NCBI GenBank assembly: GCA_965221775.1
Contig: CBDCSU010000004.1
Location: 1,024,001-1,088,000 of the forward strand
Origin: Candidatus Latescibacterota bacterium
Lineage (GTDB): Bacteria > Latescibacterota > UBA2968 > UBA8231
DNA length: 64,000 nt
Direction of reading: 5' to 3'
Shown here: in pieces, positions 47,060-56,740 of the stretch
Position numbering within the stretch: position 1 is the first letter of the stretch
Layout of the letters: each line of letters begins with the position of its first letter
Notes under the pieces: generated by a model
Told to the model about the DNA's origin: nothing
Database searches by the model: none
The model's input: the letters and a program-made list of their open reading frames with translations, nothing else
Translations under genes and position numbers: made by a program

Positions 47060-47953
47060 TCAGTAGCGGAGCCCCGCCAACTCCCCCCGGATCAGCTCCA
47101 TCAACGCCGCCGCCGCCGGTGACGCCGGCCGGCCCCGGTGCCGCACGAGACCGACGGAGCGCCGCGCCACGCCCCGGGCGGCGACCGCGGCCAGGCGCCC
47201 CTCGGCCACCTCGGCGGCCACCGAGACCCGCGGCACGAGGGCGACGCCGAAGCCGATCTCCACGAAGCGCTTGATGATCTCGATGCTGCCCAGCTCCATG
47301 GCGATGGCCGAGGCCGCTCCGGCGCCGCGCAGCACCGCGTCGAGGAGGGCGCGGCTCTGGCTGCCGCGCTCGAGGGCCAGCAGCGGATGGCGCCCCGCCG
47401 TGGCCGGCAGGACCGCCTTGCGCCCCGAGAGGGGATGCCCCGCCGGGCAGATCCATACGTCGCTGCGCTCGAAGACCGGCTCCGTCGACAGCCCGCGATC
47501 GCGGATCGGCAGGGTGGCCAGCCCGAAGTCGATCTCGTCGGCCAGCACCAGCTCGCCGATCTCGGAGGACATCTTGTTGCGGATGTCGACCTCGACCTCG
47601 GGGAAGCGCTCGCGGAACCGGCGCAGCACCGGCGGCAGCACGTAGGTGCAGTTCGTGTCGCTCGTGGCCAGCAGCACCCGGCCGCGCACGCGCGTCCCCA
47701 TCTCCTCCAGCTCGGCCCGCGCCGCGGCCAGCTCCCCCAGGATCGACCGCGCCCGCCGGAACAGGGCCTCGCCGGCGTGGGTGAGGCGCACCCCCTTCCG
47801 GCCCCGCTCCAGCAGGCTCTGCCCGAGCTCCTCCTCCAACGCCCTGATCTGCTGACTGACGGCCGGCTGGGTCAGGAACAACCTGTCCGCTGCGCGCGTG
47901 AAGCTGCCCTGGCGGGCGACCTCGCAGAATCCGCGCAGTTGTTGTAGTTCCAA
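47060..47953 (-). CDS. LysR-family transcriptional regulator
   Basis: GSFTRAADRLFLTQPAVSQQIRALEEELG HTH; substrate-binding domain; TTG start at 47953 preferred. Confidence 0.95.
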   Translation of the reverse strand: MELQQLRGFCEVARQGSFTRAADRLFLTQPAVSQQIRALEEELGQSLLERGRKGVRLTHAGEALFRRARSILGELAAARAELEEMGTRVRGRVLLATSDTNCTYVLPPVLRRFRERFPEVEVDIRNKMSSEIGELVLADEIDFGLATLPIRDRGLSTEPVFERSDVWICPAGHPLSGRKAVLPATAGRHPLLALERGSQSRALLDAVLRGAGAASAIAMELGSIEIIKRFVEIGFGVALVPRVSVAAEVAEGRLAAVAARGVARRSVGLVRHRGRPASPAAAALMELIRGELAGLRY

Positions 47954-47986
47954 GCTCTTCCTCCGGGTTACATCATATCGCGTTCG

Positions 47987-48003
47987 CTTATCCAAAGTAT
48001 AAG
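47987..48003. promoter_or_regulatory. Putative LysR operator
   Basis: Palindrome CTTAT-N7-ATAAG containing T-N11-A in the AT-rich divergent lysR/purA spacer. Confidence 0.6.
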
Positions 48004-48078
48004 TAGAATCATCTTGAGTTATGATATTCCAATCCGCACATTCACCACCGACCGGCTCACCTTACCGGAGGATTCACC

Positions 48079-49377
48079 GTGCCCGTCACCGCCGTGGTCG
48101 GGGCCGCCTGGGGCGACGAAGGCAAGGGCAAGATCACCGACGCCCTGGCCGCGGACGCCGGCGTCGTGGCCCGCTTCCAGGGCGGCCGCAACGCCGGTCA
48201 CACCATCGTCAACGACTTCGGGCGCTTCGCCCTGCACCTGCTGCCCTCGGGGGTCTTCCGCCCGGGCGTGACCAACCTCCTCGGCCCCGGCGTCGCCGTC
48301 GATCCCGCCGCCCTGCTGGAGGAGCTGGACGGGCTGACCGGCGGCGGCGTGCCGGCGCCCGACCTCGTCATCTCGGACCGGGCCCAGGTGGTCCTGCCCA
48401 CCCACGTGATCGCCGACCGCTGTGAGGAGGAGCGCCTCGGGGACAGGGCCTTCGGCTCCACCCGCGCCGGCATGGCGCCGTTCTACGCCGACAAGTGCCT
48501 CAAGGTAGGTCTGCGGGTGGGAGATCTCTTCCATCGGGACTGGCTGCGGGAGCGCCTCGGCCGTTCCCTGGCCGCGCGCAACGTCCTCTTCCGCCACCTC
48601 TACGGCCGCGGGGAGATGACCGTCGACGGCCTCTGCGACCACCTCTCCCCCATGACCGAGCGGCTGCGGCCCATGGTGCGCGACACCGGCGCAATCCTGA
48701 GGCAGCGGCTGGCCGCGGGCGAGCGCATCCTGGCGGAAGGCCAGCTCGGGGCGCTGCGCGATCCCGACCACGGCATCTATCCCTACTCGACCTCGTCCTC
48801 CACCCTGGCCGGCTTCGCCTGCGTCGGCCTCGGAGTCCCTCCCGGATCGATCGACAAGGTCGTCGCCGTGGCCAAGGCCTACTCGAGCTGTGTCGGCGCC
48901 GGACCCTTCGTCACCGAGTGGAGGGGGAAGGCGGCCGAGGAACTGCGGCAACGCGGCGGAGACCGCGGAGAGTACGGCGCCACCACCGGCCGGCCCCGGC
49001 GGGTCGGCCCCTTCGACGCCGTGGCCACCCGCTACGGATGCCGCCTCCAGGGCGCCACCTGCGCGGCCTTGAGCAACCTCGACGTCCTCGGGTATCTCGA
49101 CGAGATTCCCCTGTGCACGGCGTACCGCATCGACGGCCGGGAGACCACCGACTTCCCGTGCACCCGGGAGCTGGAACGCGCCGAGCCCGTGTACCGAAGC
49201 ATGCCGGGCTGGCGCGCCGACATCTCGGGGACCCGCCGCTGGGAGGAGCTGCCCGACGCCGCCCGCCGTTACGTCGATCGCCTGGAGGCCCTGATCGAGA
49301 CGCCGATCTCCCTGCTCTCGGTGGGCCCCCATCGCCGCGCCCTGATCCGCCGCCAACCCGGAGCACCGGATGCCTGA
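48079..49377 (+). CDS. purA: Adenylosuccinate synthetase (divergent PurA-family member)
   Basis: WGDEGKGK, QGGRNAGHT, HLLPSG, GATTGRPRRVG, SVGP. Confidence 0.92.
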   Translation: MPVTAVVGAAWGDEGKGKITDALAADAGVVARFQGGRNAGHTIVNDFGRFALHLLPSGVFRPGVTNLLGPGVAVDPAALLEELDGLTGGGVPAPDLVISDRAQVVLPTHVIADRCEEERLGDRAFGSTRAGMAPFYADKCLKVGLRVGDLFHRDWLRERLGRSLAARNVLFRHLYGRGEMTVDGLCDHLSPMTERLRPMVRDTGAILRQRLAAGERILAEGQLGALRDPDHGIYPYSTSSSTLAGFACVGLGVPPGSIDKVVAVAKAYSSCVGAGPFVTEWRGKAAEELRQRGGDRGEYGATTGRPRRVGPFDAVATRYGCRLQGATCAALSNLDVLGYLDEIPLCTAYRIDGRETTDFPCTRELERAEPVYRSMPGWRADISGTRRWEELPDAARRYVDRLEALIETPISLLSVGPHRRALIRRQPGAPDA

Positions 49378-50095
49378 CCCGCCCGCCGCCATTCTCTTCG
49401 ACCTCGACGACACGATCCTCGAGTTCGAGGCCGTGGCCGCACCCGCCTGGGAGGATGTGACCGAGAGGTTCGCCGGAGATTTCGGGGGCGTGCCGCCGGA
49501 GCAGGTGCGCCGCTCGATCGCCGCGGTCTCTCGGGCCTGGTGGTCGGACCCCGAGCGCCACCGCCAGGGGCGGCTGGACCTGGCGAACACCAGGCGCGCC
49601 AACGTCGCCGATGCCCTCCGGGCCCTGGGTATCGGCGACGACGGAACGGTTGACTCCCTTTCGGGACGGATCGCCGCCGCCTTCGCCGAGGCGCGCACTG
49701 CGGCGATGCGGCCCTTCGCCGGCGCCGTGGAGACCCTGCGCCACTTCGCGTCGGCCGGGGTGCCCATGGCCCTGGTCACCAACGGCGACGCCGCCGGCCA
49801 GCGCGCCAAGATCGACCGCTTCGACCTGGCCGGGTTCTTCCGCTGCATCGTCATCGAGGAGGAGTTCGGCGCCGGCAAGCCGGACGAGCGCGTCTTCCGG
49901 CACGCCCTCGCGGCCCTGGGCGCCGGTCCGCAACAGGCCTGGATGGTGGGCGACAACCTCCGCTGGGAGATCGAGCCCTGCCGCCGGCTGGGCCTGCACA
50001 CGGTCTGGGTCGACGTCCGCGGACAGGGACTGCCCGCCGATGCCCCCGCGGCGCCCCACCGGACGGTGCGCGCCATCGCCGAGCTCACGCGGTAG
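49370..50095 (+). CDS. HAD-family hydrolase (YjjG-like subfamily IA)
   Basis: FDLDDT, VTNG, GKPD, VGDN motifs; overlaps purA stop. Confidence 0.88.
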   Translation: MPDPPAAILFDLDDTILEFEAVAAPAWEDVTERFAGDFGGVPPEQVRRSIAAVSRAWWSDPERHRQGRLDLANTRRANVADALRALGIGDDGTVDSLSGRIAAAFAEARTAAMRPFAGAVETLRHFASAGVPMALVTNGDAAGQRAKIDRFDLAGFFRCIVIEEEFGAGKPDERVFRHALAALGAGPQQAWMVGDNLRWEIEPCRRLGLHTVWVDVRGQGLPADAPAAPHRTVRAIAELTR

Positions 50096-50134
50096 ACCCC
50101 CCGTCGCCGTTCGACGCCAGGCGCAGGGTTTCCC

Positions 50135-50491
50135 GGTCTCCGGCACCTGCCGGCCTCCACGGCTGTCGCCCCGGACTCGCCCTCGACGCCGGGCGCAGCG
50201 TGTCCCGCGGTCTCCGGCACCTGACGGCTCTCACACCGAGGGCCCGGACTCCCGGCTTCGGCGCGCCCGAGGGGGTCACGCGAGGCCCCGGGGGCCGCGT
50301 GTCCGCGGTTTCCGGCACCTGACGGCCTCCACGGCTGTCGCCCCGGACTCGCCCTCGACGCCGGGGGCAGCGTGTCCCGCGGTTTCCGGCACCTGACGGC
50401 TCTCACACCGAGGGCCCGGACTCCCCGGCTTCGGCGCGCCCGAGGGGGGTCACGCGAGGCCCCGGGGGCCGCGTGTCCGCGGTTTCTGGCA
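50135..50491. repeat. Higher-order intergenic tandem repeat (core-A-core-B) x2
   Basis: Core GGTYTCCGGCACCTGACGGC starting at 50135, 50209, 50307, 50381 and a degenerate copy at 50481; spacings 74/98/74/100. Confidence 0.9.
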
Positions 50492-50602
50492 GCCGCCTGC
50501 GCTCGCACCGACTCCCGGACTGCCAGCGCCGGGCCGCGGGGTTCGGGTGCCCGCTCCTCCCGCTTGCGCCGCCCGCCGCCCCGGCCGACCTTCGAATCGG
50601 TG

Positions 50603-52516
50603 ATGGCCATCGATCTCGACGCCGGACTGCAGCGCTTCGGATTCACCGGCTTCCGGCCCGGCCAGCGGGAGGCCGTGGAGACGCTGCTCGACGTGGGCCG
50701 CGTCCTCCTCGTGGCGCCCACCGGCGGCGGCAAGAGCCTCACCTACCAGTTGCCCGCCTCCCTCCTGCCGGGCACGACCCTGGTCATCTCCCCCCTCATC
50801 GCCCTCATGCACGACCAGGTGGCGGCCCTGGAGGCCCGGGGCGTGCCCGCCACCTACCTGGCCGGCACCCTCGACGGCGGCGAGATCCGCCGGCGCATGG
50901 CAGCCCTGGCCCGGGGCCGCTACAAGCTCGCCTACGTGGCCCCCGAGCGGCTCACCTTCGAGGGGTTCCGCCAACTCGTCGGCGGTCTCGAGTGCCCTCT
51001 CGTAGCCGTCGACGAGGCCCACTGCATCAGCGAGTGGGGCCACGACTTCCGGCCCGAGTACATGCAGATCGGCGAGCTTCTCGCGCTGCTGTCCGGGGCG
51101 CGCGTCCTGGCCTGCACCGCCACGGCCACGCCGGTGGTGCGCGACGAGATCCTCGAGCGCCTCGGGCTGCCCGCCGACACGCCGCAGCACGTGCGCGGCT
51201 TCGCCCGGCCCAATCTCGCCTTCCGCGTGCACCCCACCCGCGGCCAGGGCGAGCGCCAGGCCCGGGTCGACGCCGCCCTGGCCGAGACCCTCACCGCTCC
51301 CGGCTCCGGGCAGGGCACGGCCATCCTCTACGCCGCCACCCGCCGCCAGACGGAGGAAGAGGCCGCCCGGCTCTCCACGGGCGGCTGGAACGCCGCCGCC
51401 TACCACGCCGGCATGGACGGCGACACCCGCGAGTCGGTGCAGCGCGCCTTCATCGGAGGCGCGCAGGAGATCGTCGTCGCCACCAACGCCTTCGGCATGG
51501 GCATCGACCGTCCCGACGTGCGCTGCATCGTCCACCTGGCGCCGCCCGGCTCGGTAGAGGCCTACTACCAGGAGGCCGGGCGGGCCGGACGCGACGGCGC
51601 CCCGGCCCTCTGCCTGCTGCTGGTATCCTCGGGAGACCTGGCCCTGCGCCGGAGGCTGATCGAGAGCGACGTGGAGGGCCGCACCCCCGATCCGGAGACG
51701 GTCGCCCACCGCTGGAACCTGTTCCTCGAGCTGATGCGCTGGTCCGAGGGCGGCGCCTGCCGCCACGACGCCATCCTGCGCTACTTCGGCGACGAGGAGG
51801 AGACCCTGGCCGGCTGCGGCCGCTGCGATGTCTGCCTGGAACTGGATGACGGCGGCGGCCCGGACGCGGCCGAGGTGAGCACCATCGTGCGCCAGGCCCT
51901 GTGCGGCGTGGCCCGCGTCCACGGCCGCTTCGGCATCGGCGCCGCCGCCCGCCTGCTGCGCGGCGCCGACGATCTCCGGCTGCAGCGGGCCGGCCTGCAC
52001 GAGACCTCCACTTTCGGGCTGCTCTCGGAGCGCGCCGAGGAGTGGATCCTGACCTTGCTGCGACGCTGCGTGACCGCCGGCTGGGTCGACTTCCAGGGCG
52101 GCGACCGCCCCGTGGTGGTGGTCACCGACGAGGGCTACGACGTGATCCACGAGCGCCGGCCGGCGCGGCTGCTGCTGCCCCCGGCGGCGGCGGAGCGAGG
52201 ACCCCGCGCCGCCCCGCGCTCCGGCGCCCGGCGCCCGGCGCCCCCTCCCGAGCTGGAGGAGGGCGCGCGGGACCTCTTCGAGGCCCTGCGGGCCTGGCGC
52301 CTGGAGACGGCCCGGGAGGCCGGCGTGCCCCCCTACGTGGTGGCCAGCGACCGCTCCCTGCGCGACATCGCCGCCCTGAGGCCGGCCGGCCTCGAGGCCC
52401 TGCGGACGGCCCACGGCATCGGCCCGGCCAAGGCCGAGAAGTACGGCACCGAGATCCTGACCATCGTCCGCGAGGCCGGGACCTCCGCCGCCCCGGCGCC
52501 GGAACCTGGCGCCTAG
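50603..52516 (+). CDS. recQ: RecQ-family ATP-dependent DNA helicase
   Basis: FRPGQ, PTGGGKS, DEAHCISEWGHDFRP, AFGMGID, QEAGRAGRDG, Zn-binding CGRCDVC, C-terminal HRDC. Confidence 0.95.
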   Translation: MAIDLDAGLQRFGFTGFRPGQREAVETLLDVGRVLLVAPTGGGKSLTYQLPASLLPGTTLVISPLIALMHDQVAALEARGVPATYLAGTLDGGEIRRRMAALARGRYKLAYVAPERLTFEGFRQLVGGLECPLVAVDEAHCISEWGHDFRPEYMQIGELLALLSGARVLACTATATPVVRDEILERLGLPADTPQHVRGFARPNLAFRVHPTRGQGERQARVDAALAETLTAPGSGQGTAILYAATRRQTEEEAARLSTGGWNAAAYHAGMDGDTRESVQRAFIGGAQEIVVATNAFGMGIDRPDVRCIVHLAPPGSVEAYYQEAGRAGRDGAPALCLLLVSSGDLALRRRLIESDVEGRTPDPETVAHRWNLFLELMRWSEGGACRHDAILRYFGDEEETLAGCGRCDVCLELDDGGGPDAAEVSTIVRQALCGVARVHGRFGIGAAARLLRGADDLRLQRAGLHETSTFGLLSERAEEWILTLLRRCVTAGWVDFQGGDRPVVVVTDEGYDVIHERRPARLLLPPAAAERGPRAAPRSGARRPAPPPELEEGARDLFEALRAWRLETAREAGVPPYVVASDRSLRDIAALRPAGLEALRTAHGIGPAKAEKYGTEILTIVREAGTSAAPAPEPGA

Positions 52517-53589
52517 CCCCGGGGGGGCTGGTCCGGGAAGGGTGCGCGCAGGTCGTAGCGGCCCTCCACGAGCACCGGCAGGGTGCCGTCGTCGATCATC
52601 AGGTCCAGCGGGCACTCGCGGGTGGTCATGGGCAGCTCCACCACCCCCTTGACCCGCAGGGACTCGTAGATCGCCATCATGATCTCGAGGGTGTAGCGGG
52701 CCTGCACGCCGCTGCTGCGGTGCTCGTCGATCTCGCCGTCGAGCCAGGCGACGAACTCGTCGTACTGGGTCACCGTCACCGCCGGCGGCTCGATCCGCTG
52801 CCAGCCCGCCCGGTCCCCGTTCTGCAGCAAGAGCCCGCCGCCGGGCCTCACGCCGCCCTGCTCCGAGCGGATCTGCCCCTCCGTGCCGTACACGGTGGCC
52901 ATGTCGACAGCAGGCTCGGGCAGGTCGCCCTCGTAGACGCCGCGCACCCCGCCCTCGAAGCAGACCAGCCCCATGCACAGGTCCTCGCAGGGGCTGCGGC
53001 GCTCCCAGCGGTCGGTGATCCGCGAGGTGTTGCCGATCACCCACAGGGGCTTCGGGTCGGAGAGCATGTAGCGCCAGCCGTCGATGGCGTGGGTGCCGGT
53101 GTTCAGCAGGCCGGCGTTCGCCTTGGCGCGGTGGTGGACCATGGTGGGCTCGCCGATCGCCCCGGCGGCCACCAGGCGCCGCACCTCGTTCGGCGCCGGG
53201 GCGAAGCGTCCCTGGTGGCCGATGGCCAGCTTCGTCCCGGCGCGCTCGCAGGCGGCGATCATGTCCTCCGCCTCGCCCACGGCGGCGGCGATCGGCTTCT
53301 CGCCCAGGACCCCCTTCACGCCGGCCTCGGCGGCGGCGATCGTCACCTCGGCGCGGACCCCCTGCCAGGTGGGCACGCTGAGGATGTCGATCTGCTCGTT
53401 GGCGAGCAATTCGCCGTGGTCGCTGAAAACGGCGCCCACGCCGTGCTCCGCGGCCAGGGCCCGCGCCCTCTCGAGGTCGACGTCGGCCAGGGCCACCACC
53501 TCGGCCCGGGGGTGCTCGCTCCAGGCGCGGGTGTGCGAGCGGCCCATGCCCCCGCATCCGACCACGCCGACTCGATAGATCTCCGCCAT
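52513..53589 (-). CDS. Gfo/Idh/MocA oxidoreductase
   Basis: GVVGCGGMG, GEKPI, GHQGRF, GTHAID. Confidence 0.9.
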   Translation of the reverse strand: MAEIYRVGVVGCGGMGRSHTRAWSEHPRAEVVALADVDLERARALAAEHGVGAVFSDHGELLANEQIDILSVPTWQGVRAEVTIAAAEAGVKGVLGEKPIAAAVGEAEDMIAACERAGTKLAIGHQGRFAPAPNEVRRLVAAGAIGEPTMVHHRAKANAGLLNTGTHAIDGWRYMLSDPKPLWVIGNTSRITDRWERRSPCEDLCMGLVCFEGGVRGVYEGDLPEPAVDMATVYGTEGQIRSEQGGVRPGGGLLLQNGDRAGWQRIEPPAVTVTQYDEFVAWLDGEIDEHRSSGVQARYTLEIMMAIYESLRVKGVVELPMTTRECPLDLMIDDGTLPVLVEGRYDLRAPFPDQPPRG

Positions 53590-53606
53590 TTCGTCTTCTC
53601 CCTCCG

Positions 53607-54413
53607 TCAGGGTTGGTGATCGAGCCGCACCGTGGGCTCGTCGTTGTCCAGGAAGCGCTCCATGGTGTTGTTCGTCGCCGGGCTCGTGCGGAAGTCGGCG
53701 ATCCAGGGCTCGCGGAAATACGCCTGCTTCTCCCGCGGCAGGGAGGCCATCACCTCCGCGGGGATCTTCAGGCGGTGCCAGTGAGTGGCCAGGTGGGAGT
53801 AGGCGTTGAGGACCGCCACCCTCGGCGTCTCCCGTTTCCACTCCGGCCCCGCGTGGCACAGGTTCTCGGTGAAGAACACGGCGCTGCCCGCCGGGCAGTC
53901 GTAGCTGATCAGGAACTCGCTGCGCCTCCCCTCCTCCAGCGACAGGTGATCGGGATGCATGGGGAAGTTCGACTTGTGGCTGCCGGCGATGAAGTGGGTG
54001 CCCCCGTCCTCCCGGCTCACCTCGGTCAACTCGAAGACGACGCGCACCATGCCGGCGTGGATGCGGCCGTTGGCGCAGCGGTAGCCGAAGATCGGATCGA
54101 TCTGGCTGGGGCCGCCGCCGTGCAGCTCCCCGTGGCGCTCCCCCTTCTTCCGCCAGACGCAGTAGGTCCCCTCCACGCGGATCTCGGGACCGATGATCTC
54201 GTGGAGCACCTCGATCACCCGGGGGTGATCGATGAGCAGGCTGGACGCCCCTCCGGGCACGTCCCGCGCCTCGGGCGGCAGCGACTCGGGATCGTGGTGG
54301 ATGCGGTCGATCTGGTCGACGATCGCCTCGATCTCCGGCGGCTCCAGGATGGCGGGCCTCACCAGGAAGCCGGTCAGATCGAAACGGAACTTCTCCTCGT
54401 CGGTCATGCCCAT
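53607..54413 (-). CDS. PhyH-family Fe(II)/2OG oxygenase, HxG variant
   Basis: FDLTGFLV, LHGGG, GGTHFIAGSHK, FTENLCHAG. Confidence 0.82.
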   Translation of the reverse strand: MGMTDEEKFRFDLTGFLVRPAILEPPEIEAIVDQIDRIHHDPESLPPEARDVPGGASSLLIDHPRVIEVLHEIIGPEIRVEGTYCVWRKKGERHGELHGGGPSQIDPIFGYRCANGRIHAGMVRVVFELTEVSREDGGTHFIAGSHKSNFPMHPDHLSLEEGRRSEFLISYDCPAGSAVFFTENLCHAGPEWKRETPRVAVLNAYSHLATHWHRLKIPAEVMASLPREKQAYFREPWIADFRTSPATNNTMERFLDNDEPTVRLDHQP

Positions 54414-54568
54414 GGCATGCTCCTTCGGTTGAGGGCGGCGGCCACAAGATAGCGGGGCCCGCCGGGCCGCCGCCACGGGGAAGGGGCCTTTGTCCGCCCC
54501 GGGCCCCGGCCGTTGAGCCTCCGCCCCGGTGGTCGTAGTCTACGGGCTCACACGGAAAGGAGCAGGTC

Positions 54569-54964
54569 ATGTCACCGGCGAACCCGGCGATCGACCCGGA
54601 ACGGGTGCAGCAGTTCGTGAACGACGCCCACGGCGACCTCGACAGCGTCACCAGAATGCTGGACGAGGAGCCGGGCCTCCTCAACGCCTGCTGGGACTGG
54701 GGCGGCGGGGACTGGGAGACCGGCCTTGGCGCGGCGGCGCACATGGGCCGCCGGGACATCGCCGAGCTCCTCCTCGGCCGGGGCGCCCGCATCGACCTCT
54801 TCGCCGCGGCCATGCTGGGAAAGCTCGATATCGTGAGGGCGGTGGTCGAGGACGACCCGGCGGTGATCGACCGCAAAGGGCCTCACGGGATCTCCCTGAT
54901 GAGCCACGCGAGGAAGGGGGGCAAGGGGGCGGCGGAAGTCGTGAAGTACCTGAAGAGCCGGTAG
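54569..54964 (+). CDS. Small ankyrin-repeat protein
   Basis: AHGDLDSV, ETGLGAAAHMGRRDIAELLL, AAAMLG; AAGGAG RBS. Confidence 0.8.
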   Translation: MSPANPAIDPERVQQFVNDAHGDLDSVTRMLDEEPGLLNACWDWGGGDWETGLGAAAHMGRRDIAELLLGRGARIDLFAAAMLGKLDIVRAVVEDDPAVIDRKGPHGISLMSHARKGGKGAAEVVKYLKSR

Positions 54965-54994
54965 GGGCCACACTCACCAGACGAAAGGCAAGCC

Positions 54995-55912
54995 ATGGCC
55001 AAGGCGAAGAGCAGGAAGAAGAAGGCGAAGCAGAAGGCGGAGCCTCCCGTCCTGCGCCACATGTGCTCCGTGGGCACGCTGCTCGGCTACGGGGACAAGC
55101 GCGGGGAGTGGACGATCCCCCAGAAGCTGCGGCGGATCCGCAACGCCGGCTTCGACGGCTTCCTCGGGCGGGTCACCATGTTCGGGCCCGAGGTGGTGGA
55201 GGAGTCGGGCCTGATCTTCGCCTGCACCACCGACATGGGCGGACCCGGGGAGGTGGAGCGCAAGCTCAAGCGCATCCGCAAGTACAACGCCCGGGTGGTG
55301 AACGTGCAGATGCTCGACCACGACACCGGCACCGAGGAGGCGGTGACCTGCGCCCGCGAGGTCATGCGCGTCGCCGGCGAGCTGGAGATGGACGTCTCCA
55401 TCGAGGTCCATCGCGACACCTGCACCGAGACCCCGGAGAAGGCGTATGCCCTGGCCGAGGGCTTCGAGAAGGCCGAGGGGCGGCCCCTGAAGATGACCTG
55501 GGACTTCTCCCACCCGGCGGTGGTCAAGCACCTGTCGCCGCCCTACTTCAAGCGCCTCGTGGAGCGCCCCGACCTGGTGCAGCTGGCCAACCAGATCCAC
55601 TTCCGCCCCTTCAACGGCCATCACGCCATGGTCCCGGCCCTCGGGCGGGGCGGCAAGCTGACGCCGGAGTTCGAGGACTGCATGGAGTTCGGCGACCAGC
55701 TGCTGGCCCTGTGGCTGAAGACGGCGCCCCCGGGGCGTGAGCTCTTCGTCTGCCCGGAGCAGATCGCCGGCGGCTACCACCTCTCGGTCTTCGGCGACCG
55801 CTTCAAGGACGTGAAGGCGATCAAGGCGGAGCTGCAGAAGAGCTGGAGGCGCAACCTGCGCAAGTGGAAGCCGCCGCGGAAGAAGCGGGCGAAGAAGGCG
55901 AGCCGGCGGTAG
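54995..55912 (+). CDS. Xylose isomerase-like TIM-barrel protein
   Basis: AGFDG, EVHRDT, TWDFSH, HFR, CPE putative metal ligands; basic tails at both ends. Confidence 0.7.
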   Translation: MAKAKSRKKKAKQKAEPPVLRHMCSVGTLLGYGDKRGEWTIPQKLRRIRNAGFDGFLGRVTMFGPEVVEESGLIFACTTDMGGPGEVERKLKRIRKYNARVVNVQMLDHDTGTEEAVTCAREVMRVAGELEMDVSIEVHRDTCTETPEKAYALAEGFEKAEGRPLKMTWDFSHPAVVKHLSPPYFKRLVERPDLVQLANQIHFRPFNGHHAMVPALGRGGKLTPEFEDCMEFGDQLLALWLKTAPPGRELFVCPEQIAGGYHLSVFGDRFKDVKAIKAELQKSWRRNLRKWKPPRKKRAKKASRR

Positions 55913-56040
55913 CTCGCGCCCAAGCCCTCGCCGGGCGGCAGGGCAGGCCGTCCAAGTGGCCGGCGCAAGGGAGTGGGTGAGCCCGGGCCGGTACGCACCC
56001 GGGTCGCGGGAGGACGGCTCCGGCACCCCGAGGGAGCCGC

Positions 56041-56706
56041 TCAGAACAGCCGCTCGGCGCCCTCCAACTGCATCAGGCTCCAGATCTCCCCGGAAGCCAG
56101 GGGCCGCGTCTGGAGGACGGCGCTGCCCCCGGTGCGCAGGGGAAAGCGGTCGTGCTCCCACGGCACGGCGTCCAGCCCGAGGAGGTGGGAGACCACCACA
56201 CCGGTGGTGCCGCCGTGGCAGACCAGCAGCAGCGAGATCTCCGCGTCGGGTGTCCGCCACAGGCGGTAGCCGTCGGCCTCGAAGGGGCCGGCGCCGAGTT
56301 CCGAGAGCAGTTCCTCGAGGCCCGCGATCACGCGTTCGCGGAACCCCCGGAAGGACTCGCCCCCCGGCATCCCGTCCCACCACTCGGCGGGGGGCCGGCG
56401 GCGAACCTTCTCAAAGGCCGCCTCCACCTCGGCGCCGGGGCGGCCCTCGAAGACGGGAGGGGCCTGCTCGGCCAGCCAGGGGCGGACCTGGGCCTCCAGG
56501 CCGAGGCGGCGTGACAGAGGACCGGCGGTCTGCAGGGCCCGGCGCAGGGGGCTGACCAAGAGGGCGTCGAAGCGCTCGCCGGCCAGCTCCTCGCACAGGG
56601 CCGCCACCTCCTCCTCGCCCCGGGCGGTCAGGTCGGGATCGTCGACGGCGCGGCCGTCCACGATCCACCCCGGCTCCCCGTGGCGCACCAGGCGCAGGCG
56701 GATCAC
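56041..56706 (-). CDS. Histidine phosphatase (phosphoglycerate mutase-like) family protein
   Basis: LVRHGE, SPLRRALQTA, GGES, VCHGG. Confidence 0.9.
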   Translation of the reverse strand: MIRLRLVRHGEPGWIVDGRAVDDPDLTARGEEEVAALCEELAGERFDALLVSPLRRALQTAGPLSRRLGLEAQVRPWLAEQAPPVFEGRPGAEVEAAFEKVRRRPPAEWWDGMPGGESFRGFRERVIAGLEELLSELGAGPFEADGYRLWRTPDAEISLLLVCHGGTTGVVVSHLLGLDAVPWEHDRFPLRTGGSAVLQTRPLASGEIWSLMQLEGAERLF

Positions 56707-56740
56707 GCGGGCCTGCCGGCGCCCGGCCGCGAGTCGGGGC

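Noticed and set aside
48079-49377. PurZ (2-aminoadenine pathway) interpretation
   Set aside because: Catalytic Asp of GDEGKG is retained (PurZ has Ser), and there is no phage context.
50135-50491. CRISPR array interpretation of the repeat
   Set aside because: Spacers recur (A,B,A,B), are long and unequal, and no cas genes are present.
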